Counted from the stretch's first letter, positions 50,313 through 64,000 are shown. The stretch: DNA of 64,000 nt from an uncultured Methanomicrobiales archaeon (GCA_963697895.1 OY969100.1:1312001-1376000); one strand, 5' to 3'. A program made the numbers and translations. Notes: generated by a model from the letters alone, not told the origin.

Positions 50313-51148
50313 ATGGGCGTGGCAAGAGAAGGGGGGAACAGATTTAACAAGCTGCGATGGTCTTTAATCATTTTTTTGTTCATCAATGTCCTTTTGATCT
50401 TTGCATTAAAAAATCCTGATTTACTCGCGTGGGAATTTTTCGTATTGCCTGCTCTTCTGTTTATCATTGTGCTGCTCCATGCAATGGAGCGATACGGCAT
50501 TAAAAATACGGTCATATTTTTTGTGATAACAGCGGGTGTGAGCTTTTTTTTTGAAAACCTGAGCGTGGCGACTGGTTTTCCCTTCGGGCTCTATCACTAT
50601 TCACCTGATTTTGGGATGTTACCCGTTCCATTCATCATCATCTTCGGATATTTTGGCCTGGGTTACCTCTCCTGGATACTGGCCCATGTATTAACCGGTC
50701 AGTACTGCAGCAGACTTGGGGGGAAACAGATATTTCTGGTACCATTGATTGCAACATTTATCATGGTCATGTGGGATTTGACCATCGATCCCATCTCTTC
50801 CACATTACAAGGCCTCTGGGTCTGGCAGGACCCAGGAGCCTATTTCGGCGTTCCCCTATCCAACTTCTTTGGCTGGTTCCTGGTGTCATTCGTATTTTTC
50901 CAGCTGTTCGCCGGGTATATCTCCCGATATGACCAGATTGATCCTGAAAAGATAGCCGATCTCTCGAAAAAGCTTTCTGGAGTGAGGCCCCGGCGATATA
51001 CGGTATTATGGCCCTGGGTACCATACTGACCGTTTCTTACCGGTTTAATGACCTTACGGTATCCATGGCATTAATCTCTGTTTTTACCCTGGTATTTGTG
51101 GCCATTCTCGCTTTCATCAACATTCTGAATAATCCGGATCTCACGTAG
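50313..51148 (+). pseudogene. Carotenoid biosynthesis protein (CruF/DUF422-like), -1 frameshift near the 3' end
   Basis: ENLSVATGFPFGLYHY, WDLTIDP, YFGVPLSNFFGW. Adding an A to the run at 50967-50971 extends the frame to TAG 51148 through further TM helices. Confidence 0.8.
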
Positions 51149-51170
51149 GAGAACACGGCGAAAAAAATTG

Positions 51171-52193
51171 TTATTGAGGGGCCGGTTCACCCTCGGATCT
51201 CTTAATCAGGGAGAGCTGGTCGATGAGTATCTGGTACGACGAGACGAGGAGGGCGATGAAGAGCGGCCCGAATATCAGCCCGGGTATTCCCATGATCGAG
51301 ATCCCGCCGATGATGGCGATCATCATGAGCACTTTATGAATACTGGTCCGTTTCCCCATCAGCCTCGGCCGGATGATGGACCCCGGTATATACAATACCA
51401 CTGGATAGATGACGACCAGCGCCACAAGCAGGCCCGTGAGATCTCCCGTTGAAAGGTTAAACAGGACAAGGAATACCATGACGAGCAGGGGACCGAAGAT
51501 CGGGATGAACATGGAAAGCCCGGTCATGATCGCGAGCTGCAGATACCCCGGGTACCCGAGGAAGTAATAGATCGGGAGGGAAAGGACGAATGCGAGGATG
51601 GCCACCTCCACACTCACGATATAGATTGCATACATGGTGTTGACGACCACCCCGGAGAGTTTCGTCACCGATTCGGTCAGCCTTCCCGGCAGGGCATCGG
51701 TGATCTGGCGGTATATGGCAGGTCCTTTCAGCAGGAACAGGTACAGGGAGAGGAAGAGGATGAATGCCTGGAAGAAGATCACCGGAAGTGAAGTCAGGAG
51801 GGGGATAAGTGAGTTCGTGACAAAACGAATCATGCTTTCGATCGAACCTGCCACTATTGCACCGGAGATGATCTGGTTGGGAGCGAGGGAGGACAGCCAG
51901 TCGGTGATTGTTTTGATCATGATAAAAATAAATCCGCTCCCCTCGATCAGGAGGATCGTAATAAAGGCAAGAGCGAATCCGATTACCAGCAATACCAGGA
52001 CCGTCAACAATCCGGCAGATCTGGCAGGAGACATCCGTGTCGAAAGCCTCTGGTGGAGCGGGTGTACCACGATAGCAATGGTCAGACCGAGGATAATTGC
52101 AACGGCAAGGGGGAAATAGATGATAAAAACCGTTGCGAGAATGAGGAAAAGGAGAACGATCGTCAGCAGGTCATATCTGAACGGGTTAGACAT
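51171..52193 (-). CDS. AI-2E (PerM) family transporter
   Basis: Multi-TM; IRPRLMGK...IHKVL...GGISIMGIPGLIFGP. Confidence 0.9.
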   Translation of the reverse strand: MSNPFRYDLLTIVLLFLILATVFIIYFPLAVAIILGLTIAIVVHPLHQRLSTRMSPARSAGLLTVLVLLVIGFALAFITILLIEGSGFIFIMIKTITDWLSSLAPNQIISGAIVAGSIESMIRFVTNSLIPLLTSLPVIFFQAFILFLSLYLFLLKGPAIYRQITDALPGRLTESVTKLSGVVVNTMYAIYIVSVEVAILAFVLSLPIYYFLGYPGYLQLAIMTGLSMFIPIFGPLLVMVFLVLFNLSTGDLTGLLVALVVIYPVVLYIPGSIIRPRLMGKRTSIHKVLMMIAIIGGISIMGIPGLIFGPLFIALLVSSYQILIDQLSLIKRSEGEPAPQ

Positions 52194-52387
52194 ATTCAGG
52201 TACTAACGCGGGTACCGTATGAGCTGCCTGCTGTTATTCGCTCCGGATGCGAAACGGAAGTTCCGCCTGACACCGCCGTCGCCGGTGAATTGATATCAGG
52301 ATGGAATTGATTCCGCATCACCGGTTTGCTCCTGCGCTGGGCTGCACGGGTATCCGGAGTTTGACTGCAAAAAAAAAAGATGGGAAA

Positions 52388-53183
52388 TTATGCTTCCTGA
52401 ACCGTACTTTCCCTTCTTCGGATGAACCGCAGGTCGACCGCGATGAATATGACGATGGAGATGAGCCCCATCCCGATCACCGGGTAGATCGGCTGGGTAT
52501 ACGTCGATAAGATCCCTGCCGAACTGAGCGACTGCATGACCCCGTAGCTGCCAAAGAAATTATGAAAGACCATCGTCGCATAGATGTCCCGCCCGATGAA
52601 GTACACGAGGCTGGTCGCGACCCCGAACAGGGAGAGGAATGCGACCATGCCCGGCTGGTTGAACGGCGGGCTGTGGGCGAAATGATAGAGGCCGAAGAGG
52701 ACGCTCGCCGCAATGATCCCCCCGATGATGGCCAGGATCCGTCCCCGGTCCTTCAGCGTGCCCTCGACGACCGACCCGATCACCGCCCAGCAGACGGCGA
52801 TCTCCGCGATGGTGACTGTCAATACCTGGGCATACACGTTGAACAGGACCGTCGGATCGAAGGACGGCGGGTTCAGGAGGAGCATCAGGACGAACCCGAG
52901 CACGAACGCGATGGAGATCGCGATGACCGTCCGTTTCAGCGGGCGGAACCCGGATGAATCGAGGGATATCGTCTTCGTATCCATTGCCTGCCGGATCACC
53001 CAGAGGGCGAGAAGAATGCCGATGAGGATGTTGGCGACGATGGTGTACGAGATGCGATCGACGACCGCTTCAGGCCTTAGCAGGGTAAGGATCCGGCCTT
53101 CCAGCAGGTAGGTAGAGATGACCCAGATGATGTAGGTCCCGATCGCAAAGGCGATGATCCGGGTTTTGGGGGAAAGGGGGCAT
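52388..53183 (-). CDS. CPBP/Abi-like intramembrane protease homolog (ATG out of frame by one C in a homopolymer)
   Basis: AEI, LFGLYH and FHNFFG motifs. ATG at 53183 gives MPLSPKTRII if one base of the run at 53176-53180 is removed. Confidence 0.65.
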
Positions 53184-53634
53184 GAGTCTGGGGGGAACTT
53201 CGTTTGTCTCACCTGAGGTTTCTTATGGTGTGCAATTTGGAAAAAAGTTTGTGATGGGGTTTCATGAGGGGGATCTGTTCCCGCAGTTCCCACGTGGGAA
53301 GCTGTTGGGTCCAGATCTGGGAAGAGGTTATTTCAAATATGGGGGGCTATTTCTCCAAAGCAACCCCATTACTAAATATTTTAAAGTGAAGTTCCCAAAG
53401 TTCCCGTACCGCGAGCGGGCGTTCAGGGAACATACCGAAAAAATGAAAATTGAGTTGACATGAGATACATGCTGCGCTTTCTTAATTATGGGAACTTGAC
53501 TGTATTATTTATTATAATATTTAATATTATTACTCTAATTAGTTATCGGGCCTATTTTACGCGATTCCGATCTGTTCCCAGTCAAGTTCCCAACCTGATT
53601 CCCAACCTGTTCCCATGGGAACTTGAGTCTGGGG
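53183..53634. mobile_element. Candidate non-coding insertion element: GGGAAC-hexamer array around an AT-rich core, bounded by 11-bp direct repeats
   Basis: TGAGTCTGGGG at 53183-53193 and 53624-53634; 11 exact GGGAAC/GTTCCC copies between them. Confidence 0.55.
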
Positions 53635-53797
53635 TGAGAAGAGATTAAAATTATTTTATTGAACAGATGTTAGAGGAGAGGATATCTTTTCCGTACCATC
53701 TACCTTCTTCAGCTCTTGGCATCCCCGGATTTCCGAACACAATGATGAAACAGCAAGCACGTTCAATATCGATTCTGAAAAAAAATATTAATCGAAT

Positions 53798-54835
53798 TTA
53801 GGTCTCTTTAATTACTTTAATTGCATTTATATCCGTCCATGAAAGATTTAGACTGCTATTCTTCAATTCAATATTTGAACTTTTTTTCTCAATTGTAAGA
53901 AATATTGAGACGTTAGGTTTGGGTTTATCATAATCACTGAGGGAATATGTCCAATAAATGTTATCGTTGTTAATTAATGTACAATTTCCAAGTAACTTTA
54001 TTCTTCCATCACTAGGTGATATATTTATAAAATATCCATAATTTGTACGCCAAAATATGTTATACTCAGAAAAATCCTTGGCTGTGATGTTTGAGGGCAA
54101 TAATCCAATACCATACGATCCAACAATTTGTGGATTGAATAACTCAACGTCGTATTGAATATTAATATCCTCAATATTTATTGGTGTATTTTCTTTTGGG
54201 GTAACAACCCATATACCATATATTGTCCAAACAAAGAAGACAATGATTAAGAAAACAAGAACTATCATTGTTCTTTTTTTTCTTTCCTCATATTTGATAA
54301 AAGCAGTCCAATAAAGGATTATTAAAAATGCGATTGCAATTTCATAATATATTAAATTACGCAATAGTGGGAATATGTTAGCTAAAAATATCGATGTAAT
54401 TGCAAGAGGAATAATGGTTGTAATGTAAAATAAAAGTCGTTCTGTATCACCAATTCTAAAAATTAATCTAAATATCGATAAATCTAATCGAAAAATCCCA
54501 ATTTCTTTCGGCCGTTCAATAATTGTTTTGATGAAAACATACCACATCAATATTAACAAAAATAATGAGTTCAATACCAAGGATGCGAGTAATAAAAATC
54601 CTTGAGGCCATGGAATTGCCGATAAATCGGCATAATTATAATAATAGATCTTTGCTACACTTGGCAATAGAACCGTAAGTGTTCCAATTACTCCAATAAT
54701 AACAAAATATTGAAAGTTTTCCTGTAAAAATATTAAAATAGAAAATTCTTCATGGGAAATTTTTGAATGGCAATTCGGACAATATTCTTCATAAGGGGGA
54801 ATGACTTCTTTACAATTCCCACAATAATATTTCAT
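53798..54835 (-). CDS. AT-rich membrane protein with N-terminal zinc ribbon
   Basis: CGNC...CPNC followed by ~6 TM helices and a sequon-rich C-terminal domain. Confidence 0.75.
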   Translation of the reverse strand: MKYYCGNCKEVIPPYEEYCPNCHSKISHEEFSILIFLQENFQYFVIIGVIGTLTVLLPSVAKIYYYNYADLSAIPWPQGFLLLASLVLNSLFLLILMWYVFIKTIIERPKEIGIFRLDLSIFRLIFRIGDTERLLFYITTIIPLAITSIFLANIFPLLRNLIYYEIAIAFLIILYWTAFIKYEERKKRTMIVLVFLIIVFFVWTIYGIWVVTPKENTPINIEDINIQYDVELFNPQIVGSYGIGLLPSNITAKDFSEYNIFWRTNYGYFINISPSDGRIKLLGNCTLINNDNIYWTYSLSDYDKPKPNVSIFLTIEKKSSNIELKNSSLNLSWTDINAIKVIKET

Positions 54836-54903
54836 CTTTATGATAATTGTAAAGAGGAGAATATTATTTTTACTGAAATATTTTTTTATGATTCCTTAAT
54901 AGA

Positions 54904-55784
54904 GGCCACGATTATATACTAACCAAGGGTGGCCAGATGGATGAACCTGGAAGAACTGATGCGATATACCTCTGATGAGGAAAGTGAAGAAAAGTATCTG
55001 AGGGAACAAGGAATCCTCAAATCTTTCCATGAATGTCCGTATTGCCACGGAGTAAGGATAAACCGTGTGAGGAGAGCCAAATACAAATGCTATACCTGCA
55101 ATCGCGAATGGGGAGTTCGCCGCGATAGCATTCTTGAAGGATTGAGAGTTCCCTTTACCAAATTCCTTGTAGCGATCAAACTTTTCGAGATTGATACTTC
55201 AGTGCGGGAGGCTTCCAAACATTTGGGATTAGCCTATAATACCGTCTATAACATTCATTCTCTCATCAGAAAAGCGATTCTTGCGACGAATTCAGATGTA
55301 TCCTCGTTCTCTGGAGAGAATGAGATGGATGAATCCTGTTTTGGGGGAAGAAGAAGGGGGAAGCGTGGCCGGGGCGCGGCAGGGAAGGTACCGGTATTCG
55401 GGATCCTGGAAAGAGGAGGTAAAGTCAAGGTAGAAGTGATCACCGATGTCCAGGGTGAAACTCTCCTCGAGTCAGCCATTAAAAAGGTAAAACGAGGAAG
55501 CCTCATTCACACCGATAAATTCCAGAGCTATAACGGACTCGTCTCCTATGGATTCAAACATCGAAGAATCGACCATGGAAAGAAGTTCGCGAATGGGAAA
55601 GAGTATATCAATGGTATAGAAGGATTCTGGTCCTTTGCAAAGCAGCGATTACTGAAATATCATGGAATTGATGCTCAAAAATTCCCGCTCTATCTCAAAG
55701 AGTTGGAGTTTCGGTATAACCATCACGACCAAGATCTTTTTGATGATCTCATCCAAGTGTTAGTTAGATATAGTCGGCGTGGCT
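54904..55784 (+). mobile_element. IS1595-family insertion sequence
   Basis: Transposase flanked by imperfect inverted ends (GGCCACGATTATATACTAAC and GTTAGATATAGTCGGCGTGGC); target duplication not clear. Confidence 0.8.
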
Positions 55785-55792
55785 TATATTGA
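54929..55792 (+). CDS. IS1595-family (ISXO2-like DDE) transposase
   Basis: Zn ribbon CPYC/CYTC, HTH, MDESCFGG, KRGRGAAGKVPVFG, HTD, INGIEGFWS, YLKELEFRYN. Confidence 0.93.
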   Translation: MARWMNLEELMRYTSDEESEEKYLREQGILKSFHECPYCHGVRINRVRRAKYKCYTCNREWGVRRDSILEGLRVPFTKFLVAIKLFEIDTSVREASKHLGLAYNTVYNIHSLIRKAILATNSDVSSFSGENEMDESCFGGRRRGKRGRGAAGKVPVFGILERGGKVKVEVITDVQGETLLESAIKKVKRGSLIHTDKFQSYNGLVSYGFKHRRIDHGKKFANGKEYINGIEGFWSFAKQRLLKYHGIDAQKFPLYLKELEFRYNHHDQDLFDDLIQVLVRYSRRGLY

Positions 55793-55856
55793 GAACTCAC
55801 CAAATATTAATTTTCCATTCACCAAAGTTTTAATATAAAAGGCCTATTTTTATTTT

Positions 55857-56288
55857 ATGGCAATTAATGAATCAATTCTAATTTTGGACTATTGTTTTCC
55901 TCAATATATAACCACAATTGCACTAAGTCCAAATTGCACACAAGTATCAGAATCTTCATTATTCACCCAAATTTTTCCAATAATCACATTGATTATTGGA
56001 TCGTTTTTAACTTTTTTAGCAGATTTATTGTTTAACAAATTACAGGAGAGGAAGGAGCTAAGAAGATATGAATATGTATTAATCGACGATATTTTGGATA
56101 TTATTAGAGAAGATAATAAAATTGATTTGTTGGTTAAATTTTATAATTCACAGAAAAAAGACCCGCGTTTTTTTAAAATAAAACACTATAGTATAATAAT
56201 AGATTTTATTCAAACGACTATCCACGGAGACACCCCCAATCCAGACAATTTAAAAAATATTCAGAAAGAACTGTCAAGAAATATTTAA
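55857..56288 (+). CDS. AT-rich hypothetical single-TM protein
   Basis: 143-aa ORF with one TM helix followed by a charged helical region. Confidence 0.65.
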   Translation: MAINESILILDYCFPQYITTIALSPNCTQVSESSLFTQIFPIITLIIGSFLTFLADLLFNKLQERKELRRYEYVLIDDILDIIREDNKIDLLVKFYNSQKKDPRFFKIKHYSIIIDFIQTTIHGDTPNPDNLKNIQKELSRNI

Positions 56289-56300
56289 TTTTTAAAAGGA

Positions 56301-56819
56301 TCAGTTCGAAATAATCGATTGAAAAATATTTGATAAATCTTTTGCTCTCATAATATTTTTTATTGTTATCTGATACTCATTATCATCCTTTTTCAATTCA
56401 TATAATATATTGTCATTAAATTTTGAAGAAACAGATATATAATCCATCATCTCCATAACCATTCTATTTCTATTTTCATAATCCGCCATGCAATAATTTA
56501 TAGAAATGTCGAATATTACCTCGGAATGAAAGAGATTAACCGAAACATCTTGCACAATCTCAGAAAGAAATGATAATTGTGCATTGAGGTCATGTCCTGA
56601 AATATTGTTTCTAATTTGCACAATACCACAAGTAAATATTTTAATTTTAAGTTTATTTGTTTCACCAATAAGCCAATCTTCCACTTTTTTATAATCGAGA
56701 TCTTCATAAGATGAATTATTAGGAACTATTTTCAAATTGTTTTCAAGATATGAGGTGATATCCGATTTTTTTAAAGATAATATGCGCGGACATAATGCAA
56801 TGATTTCAATTTTGGTCAT
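56301..56819 (-). CDS. AT-rich hypothetical protein (third gene of island operon)
   Basis: 172-aa ORF in AT-rich DNA, 3 nt from the upstream stop. Confidence 0.7.
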   Translation of the reverse strand: MTKIEIIALCPRILSLKKSDITSYLENNLKIVPNNSSYEDLDYKKVEDWLIGETNKLKIKIFTCGIVQIRNNISGHDLNAQLSFLSEIVQDVSVNLFHSEVIFDISINYCMADYENRNRMVMEMMDYISVSSKFNDNILYELKKDDNEYQITIKNIMRAKDLSNIFQSIISN

Positions 56820-56822
56820 TGA

Positions 56823-57242
56823 TTATTTCCTCCTCTCAATATCATCGTCAGCTATTTTCCTCTTTGATATTCGTTTTCCTTGCGTGTCTGCAAAATCCTT
56901 TAAAGAATCAGCAAGTTCCTCTCGGTCGTGGCCAGTCCCAGATGTTGAGACTTTGAAAAATGAAGATTTAATTTTAGCTTTATTCGATGTTGGTGAGTCT
57001 GAATCTGGAAGATCTGTTAATGCTTTTGATGCAATCCGATCACGGGTAATATCGAGTTGTCTTCTTCTTTTATCTTGATCAGCTTCTTCTAAATATTCAA
57101 TTGAGATTAATTTTAAAATGCGAATGTGAATTTCTTCTTTCGTTGCTTTTGGGTTTCTAATGCAATACTCTTCGACAATTGACTCAAATAATCCAGGATC
57201 TTTTAAAATGTCATCATAAATGTTCTGGATATCAGAAATCAT
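56823..57242 (-). CDS. AT-rich hypothetical charged protein (second gene of island operon)
   Basis: About 139 aa, K/D/E/R-rich, tightly spaced. Confidence 0.7.
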   Translation of the reverse strand: MISDIQNIYDDILKDPGLFESIVEEYCIRNPKATKEEIHIRILKLISIEYLEEADQDKRRRQLDITRDRIASKALTDLPDSDSPTSNKAKIKSSFFKVSTSGTGHDREELADSLKDFADTQGKRISKRKIADDDIERRK

Positions 57243-57251
57243 AAAATTCAA

Positions 57252-58145
57252 TTATCCTTGATGCTTTTCAATTACTTTCTGAATTCTCTCTGCAACATCT
57301 GGGGAAAGTGGTACTTGTTCCGATAATTCTGTTGATAATTCCCCGAATTTCCCAAAATAATCCCGATAATCGAACATTAAATTACCAACCATTTCATTTG
57401 CCCTTTCGATGACCACACTCTCATTTCCTTCTTTAATGAAACTAACAATATCTGATATCAATCCAAGATTTATTCTTACGAATTCAATATAATCCACATC
57501 ATCAATTTTCCCAAATATTGCAAATCGAGCAGTGTGCTCGAAAGCTCTTATAAATAAATAGCTAATTATCGGAATCCTCCCTCCATGTTGATTTACTATC
57601 AATGCCAGTTCAGCTCTGGTTCTTTCGATGGGGATTTTTGATTTTGATAATAACAAACTTTCATTTGATGATAAAAAATTTAAGTAGTTAATAGTCGCTA
57701 TTTTAGAGAATTCGTAATTGTTTACGTAGATCTCTCTCTCCTCGGGAGCAACAAGAAATTTCCTTATGCTATCCTCAAATGTTATGTACGCATCCCAACC
57801 ATCAAATGGGGAATATCCCTTATTAAGGCAATCAATTAAAGTTTGGGTGCACTTATTTGCGATTTGCAAAGCAGCTTTTAAATCGTCAGTCAAGACAATT
57901 TTTGGTAATCCTTTTTTCGCGTGCGATGTTGGTTTCCCTTTGGATATAACTCGTATTTGTTCCAAATCAAATGAGATTTCTTTAATTATCAGACCAATTG
58001 ACATCAAATCTCTTTGATTAATTGCATAGAGATCTTGAAGGGTACGATTTCCGATGATATTTATTTTATCAAATTGGTTTGAGCTTAAATATGCTTTCAC
58101 AACTTGCAAATTTTCCTGTACAAGTATATTCGCATTAATTGTCAT
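57252..58145 (-). CDS. AT-rich hypothetical helical protein (first gene of island operon)
   Basis: About 297-aa ORF in very AT-rich DNA, unlikely to be open by chance. Confidence 0.75.
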   Translation of the reverse strand: MTINANILVQENLQVVKAYLSSNQFDKINIIGNRTLQDLYAINQRDLMSIGLIIKEISFDLEQIRVISKGKPTSHAKKGLPKIVLTDDLKAALQIANKCTQTLIDCLNKGYSPFDGWDAYITFEDSIRKFLVAPEEREIYVNNYEFSKIATINYLNFLSSNESLLLSKSKIPIERTRAELALIVNQHGGRIPIISYLFIRAFEHTARFAIFGKIDDVDYIEFVRINLGLISDIVSFIKEGNESVVIERANEMVGNLMFDYRDYFGKFGELSTELSEQVPLSPDVAERIQKVIEKHQG

Positions 58146-58451
58146 GAATATCACGTATCTTTGGCTTATTGTTTTTTTCTCTATTTAACCTTTTTATACG
58201 AGAACTGTTAAAAAAAGATCCTTATCAAAAAAATTGAATATCTCCGTTTATAAATATTTGAGCCAGGTTTTTGCTCACATGTTACTCTAATATTCAATCC
58301 GTTAAAATATAGCGCGATGGCGTGAAACCTTTTCACTCCAATTTGGTACGACCGCTTCCGCTCTATGAGCCGAAATTAATACTGAAAAAGAGCCTCCGCT
58401 CCTCGGTAAAATCCAATAAAAACAATAATTCGATGCAATAATAATAAGGAA

Positions 58452-58582
58452 GGGTAATAGCAGCGCAGCTACAGTTCCCGAGGACTCGCGTACCTCAGTA
58501 CAGTACACTACGTGAGTCTGGCTTAACTGCTGGGTTCGGAATGAGTCCAGGTGTTTCCCAACTGCTATGGCCGCTATTACCC
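58452..58582 (-). rRNA. rrf: 5S rRNA
   Basis: GCGGCCATAGC...CATTCCGAACCCAGCAGTTAAGC; terminal helix GGGTAATAGC/GCTATTACCC. Ends approximate. Confidence 0.93.
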
Positions 58583-58584
58583 AA

Positions 58585-58656
58585 AGCCAAGGTCCGGACT
58601 TGAACCGGAGTGTAGTTGATCTGCAGTCAACCGCGTAGCCGCTCCGCCACCTTGGC
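58585..58656 (-). tRNA. tRNA-Cys (GCA)
   Basis: GCCAAGG acceptor stem, anticodon loop CTGCAGA, TTCAA T-loop, U73 discriminator. Confidence 0.95.
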
Positions 58657-58739
58657 AGCCGTGGATAGCCCTATACATTATGAAGTAGTATAGGCTATAA
58701 AAGGTTTGCACTCAGAATTTCGTCTGGGTTTGACGTGGT

Positions 58740-61659
<2,920 letters not shown>

Positions 61660-61660
<1 letters not shown>

Positions 61661-61698
61661 CGTCAAACCCATTTAACGTCCTGAGTGCAAACCTTTAC
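61660..61698 (-). other. Pre-23S processing stem with bulge-helix-bulge (pairs with 58701-58735)
   Basis: ACTCAGGA-CGTT-AAA-TGGG pairs with CCCA-GACG-AAA-TTCTGAGT, a 3-4-3 BHB. Confidence 0.8.
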
Positions 61699-61764
61699 AC
61701 GGCATCTTCAGGTCGTTGACCTTCAGCCCTTCCCTGGTGACTCGCATCTCCAGGTGCATCGAAA

Positions 61765-61837
61765 TGGACTCAAGAGGATTCGAACCTCCGGCCTCCACCC
61801 CGCAAAGGTGGCGCTCTTCCAGCTGAGCTATGAGCCC
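61765..61837 (-). tRNA. tRNA-Ala (TGC) in the 16S-23S spacer
   Basis: GGGCTCA...TGAGTCCA acceptor with G3:U70; anticodon loop TTTGCGG. Confidence 0.95.
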
Positions 61838-61898
61838 TCTGTTGGCACCGGCAATTTTACAGTTTGTCCAGCAACCGCATCCCGAACTGTATTTCGTT

Positions 61899-63365
<1,467 letters not shown>

Positions 63366-63518
63366 TTCAAATGATTGCACACGCACTGAATACGTTCGAG
63401 GAATTAGCGGTTACTAGACAAATTTCCGCATTGCCAGTACCAACGTCAGAACCAAATACTGAGCGTGTCAGTAGTGCTTGGCTCCCCATCACAGAGGGTC
63501 ATAATGTTAGCTGTATAG

Positions 63519-63665
63519 GTATTTAACCATTCTCATTCACCGGTTCTTCCGCGATTTCGCGGCCGGAGAATGCAGTTCTGAAGATCGGCCCGGAGAGAAA
63601 TCCGGATGCGGCCGATGTTCGTCATCACAGGGCTAACTTAATACGCTTTCTTACTACTTAAGCAT
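63519..63665 (-). promoter_or_regulatory. Putative tandem rRNA operon promoters (TATA boxes)
   Basis: On the minus strand, GGTTAAATA at ~63521-63529 and GCTTAAGTA at ~63655-63663, upstream of 16S. Confidence 0.5.
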
Positions 63666-64000
63666 GTTGAACCCGGATCACCCGGGCAAAATCCAGCCTG
63701 AATACAGCAGGGAATTTCATGCATCAGGTGACTGATCCAAACCAGCACCGGTGCCTCGCCGGCTTCCCTGGTTCTTCATCGCAGCGCCTCCATCTATACG
63801 GTTTTTGACTATATAATCGTTGCTTTGGGATCAACCAGGATCCGCCCGGATGTTCCAGTAAACGTTTCCGTATGTGATGAGGGAATACCCCGGAGATGGA
63901 AGGTTGAATATCAGGAACATGCCGGATCGTCCGTTTTTTAACCCACAAAAAATTGCCGGAATCATCCGTAACCTTCCTGCGTTCCCGTACGGAATCTGCA

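Noticed and set aside
18524-53183. Programmed frameshifting or Sec/Pyl recoding in the split genes
   Set aside because: The breaks are single indels without slippery heptamers or in-frame UGA/UAG, so errors are more parsimonious.
53182-53648. ORFs 53182-53463 and 53460-53648 as genes
   Set aside because: Their FP/VP-rich translations simply mirror the GTTCCC hexamers; no recognisable protein features.

Overview
Archaeal chromosomal window from a methanogen. The 16S rRNA and gene content point to Methanomicrobiales, probably Methanoregulaceae/Methanolinea-like (inferred, not database-checked). About 1-53 kb is GC-rich accessory and envelope DNA. It holds two giant Gly/Ser/Thr/Ala/Asn-rich exported proteins (one with nested 156/300/597-bp repeats) and two paralogs of an uncharacterised secreted 'ATFETQGIK...CPFA...FCNIVQ' family. 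It also has three DUF2178 + XRE-HTH cassettes, transport and stress genes (CorA, MFS, TMEM175, AI-2E, USP, TerB) and a LonC-type protease. An exported proteolysis cluster (C1A cysteine protease, G1 glutamic peptidase, serpin) is followed by a TPR protein and a hedgehog-like Hint protein, and there is a MenA-like prenyltransferase + geranylgeranyl-reductase-like pair. At 53.18-53.63 kb, a non-coding element with 11 GGGAAC/GTTCCC hexamers is flanked by 11-bp direct repeats and appears to separate a gene from its promoter. An AT-rich island (IS1595 transposase plus five unknown genes) follows, then a minus-strand rRNA operon (16S-tRNA-Ala-23S-tRNA-Cys-5S). Five genes carry single-base frameshifts, most plausibly read or assembly errors.
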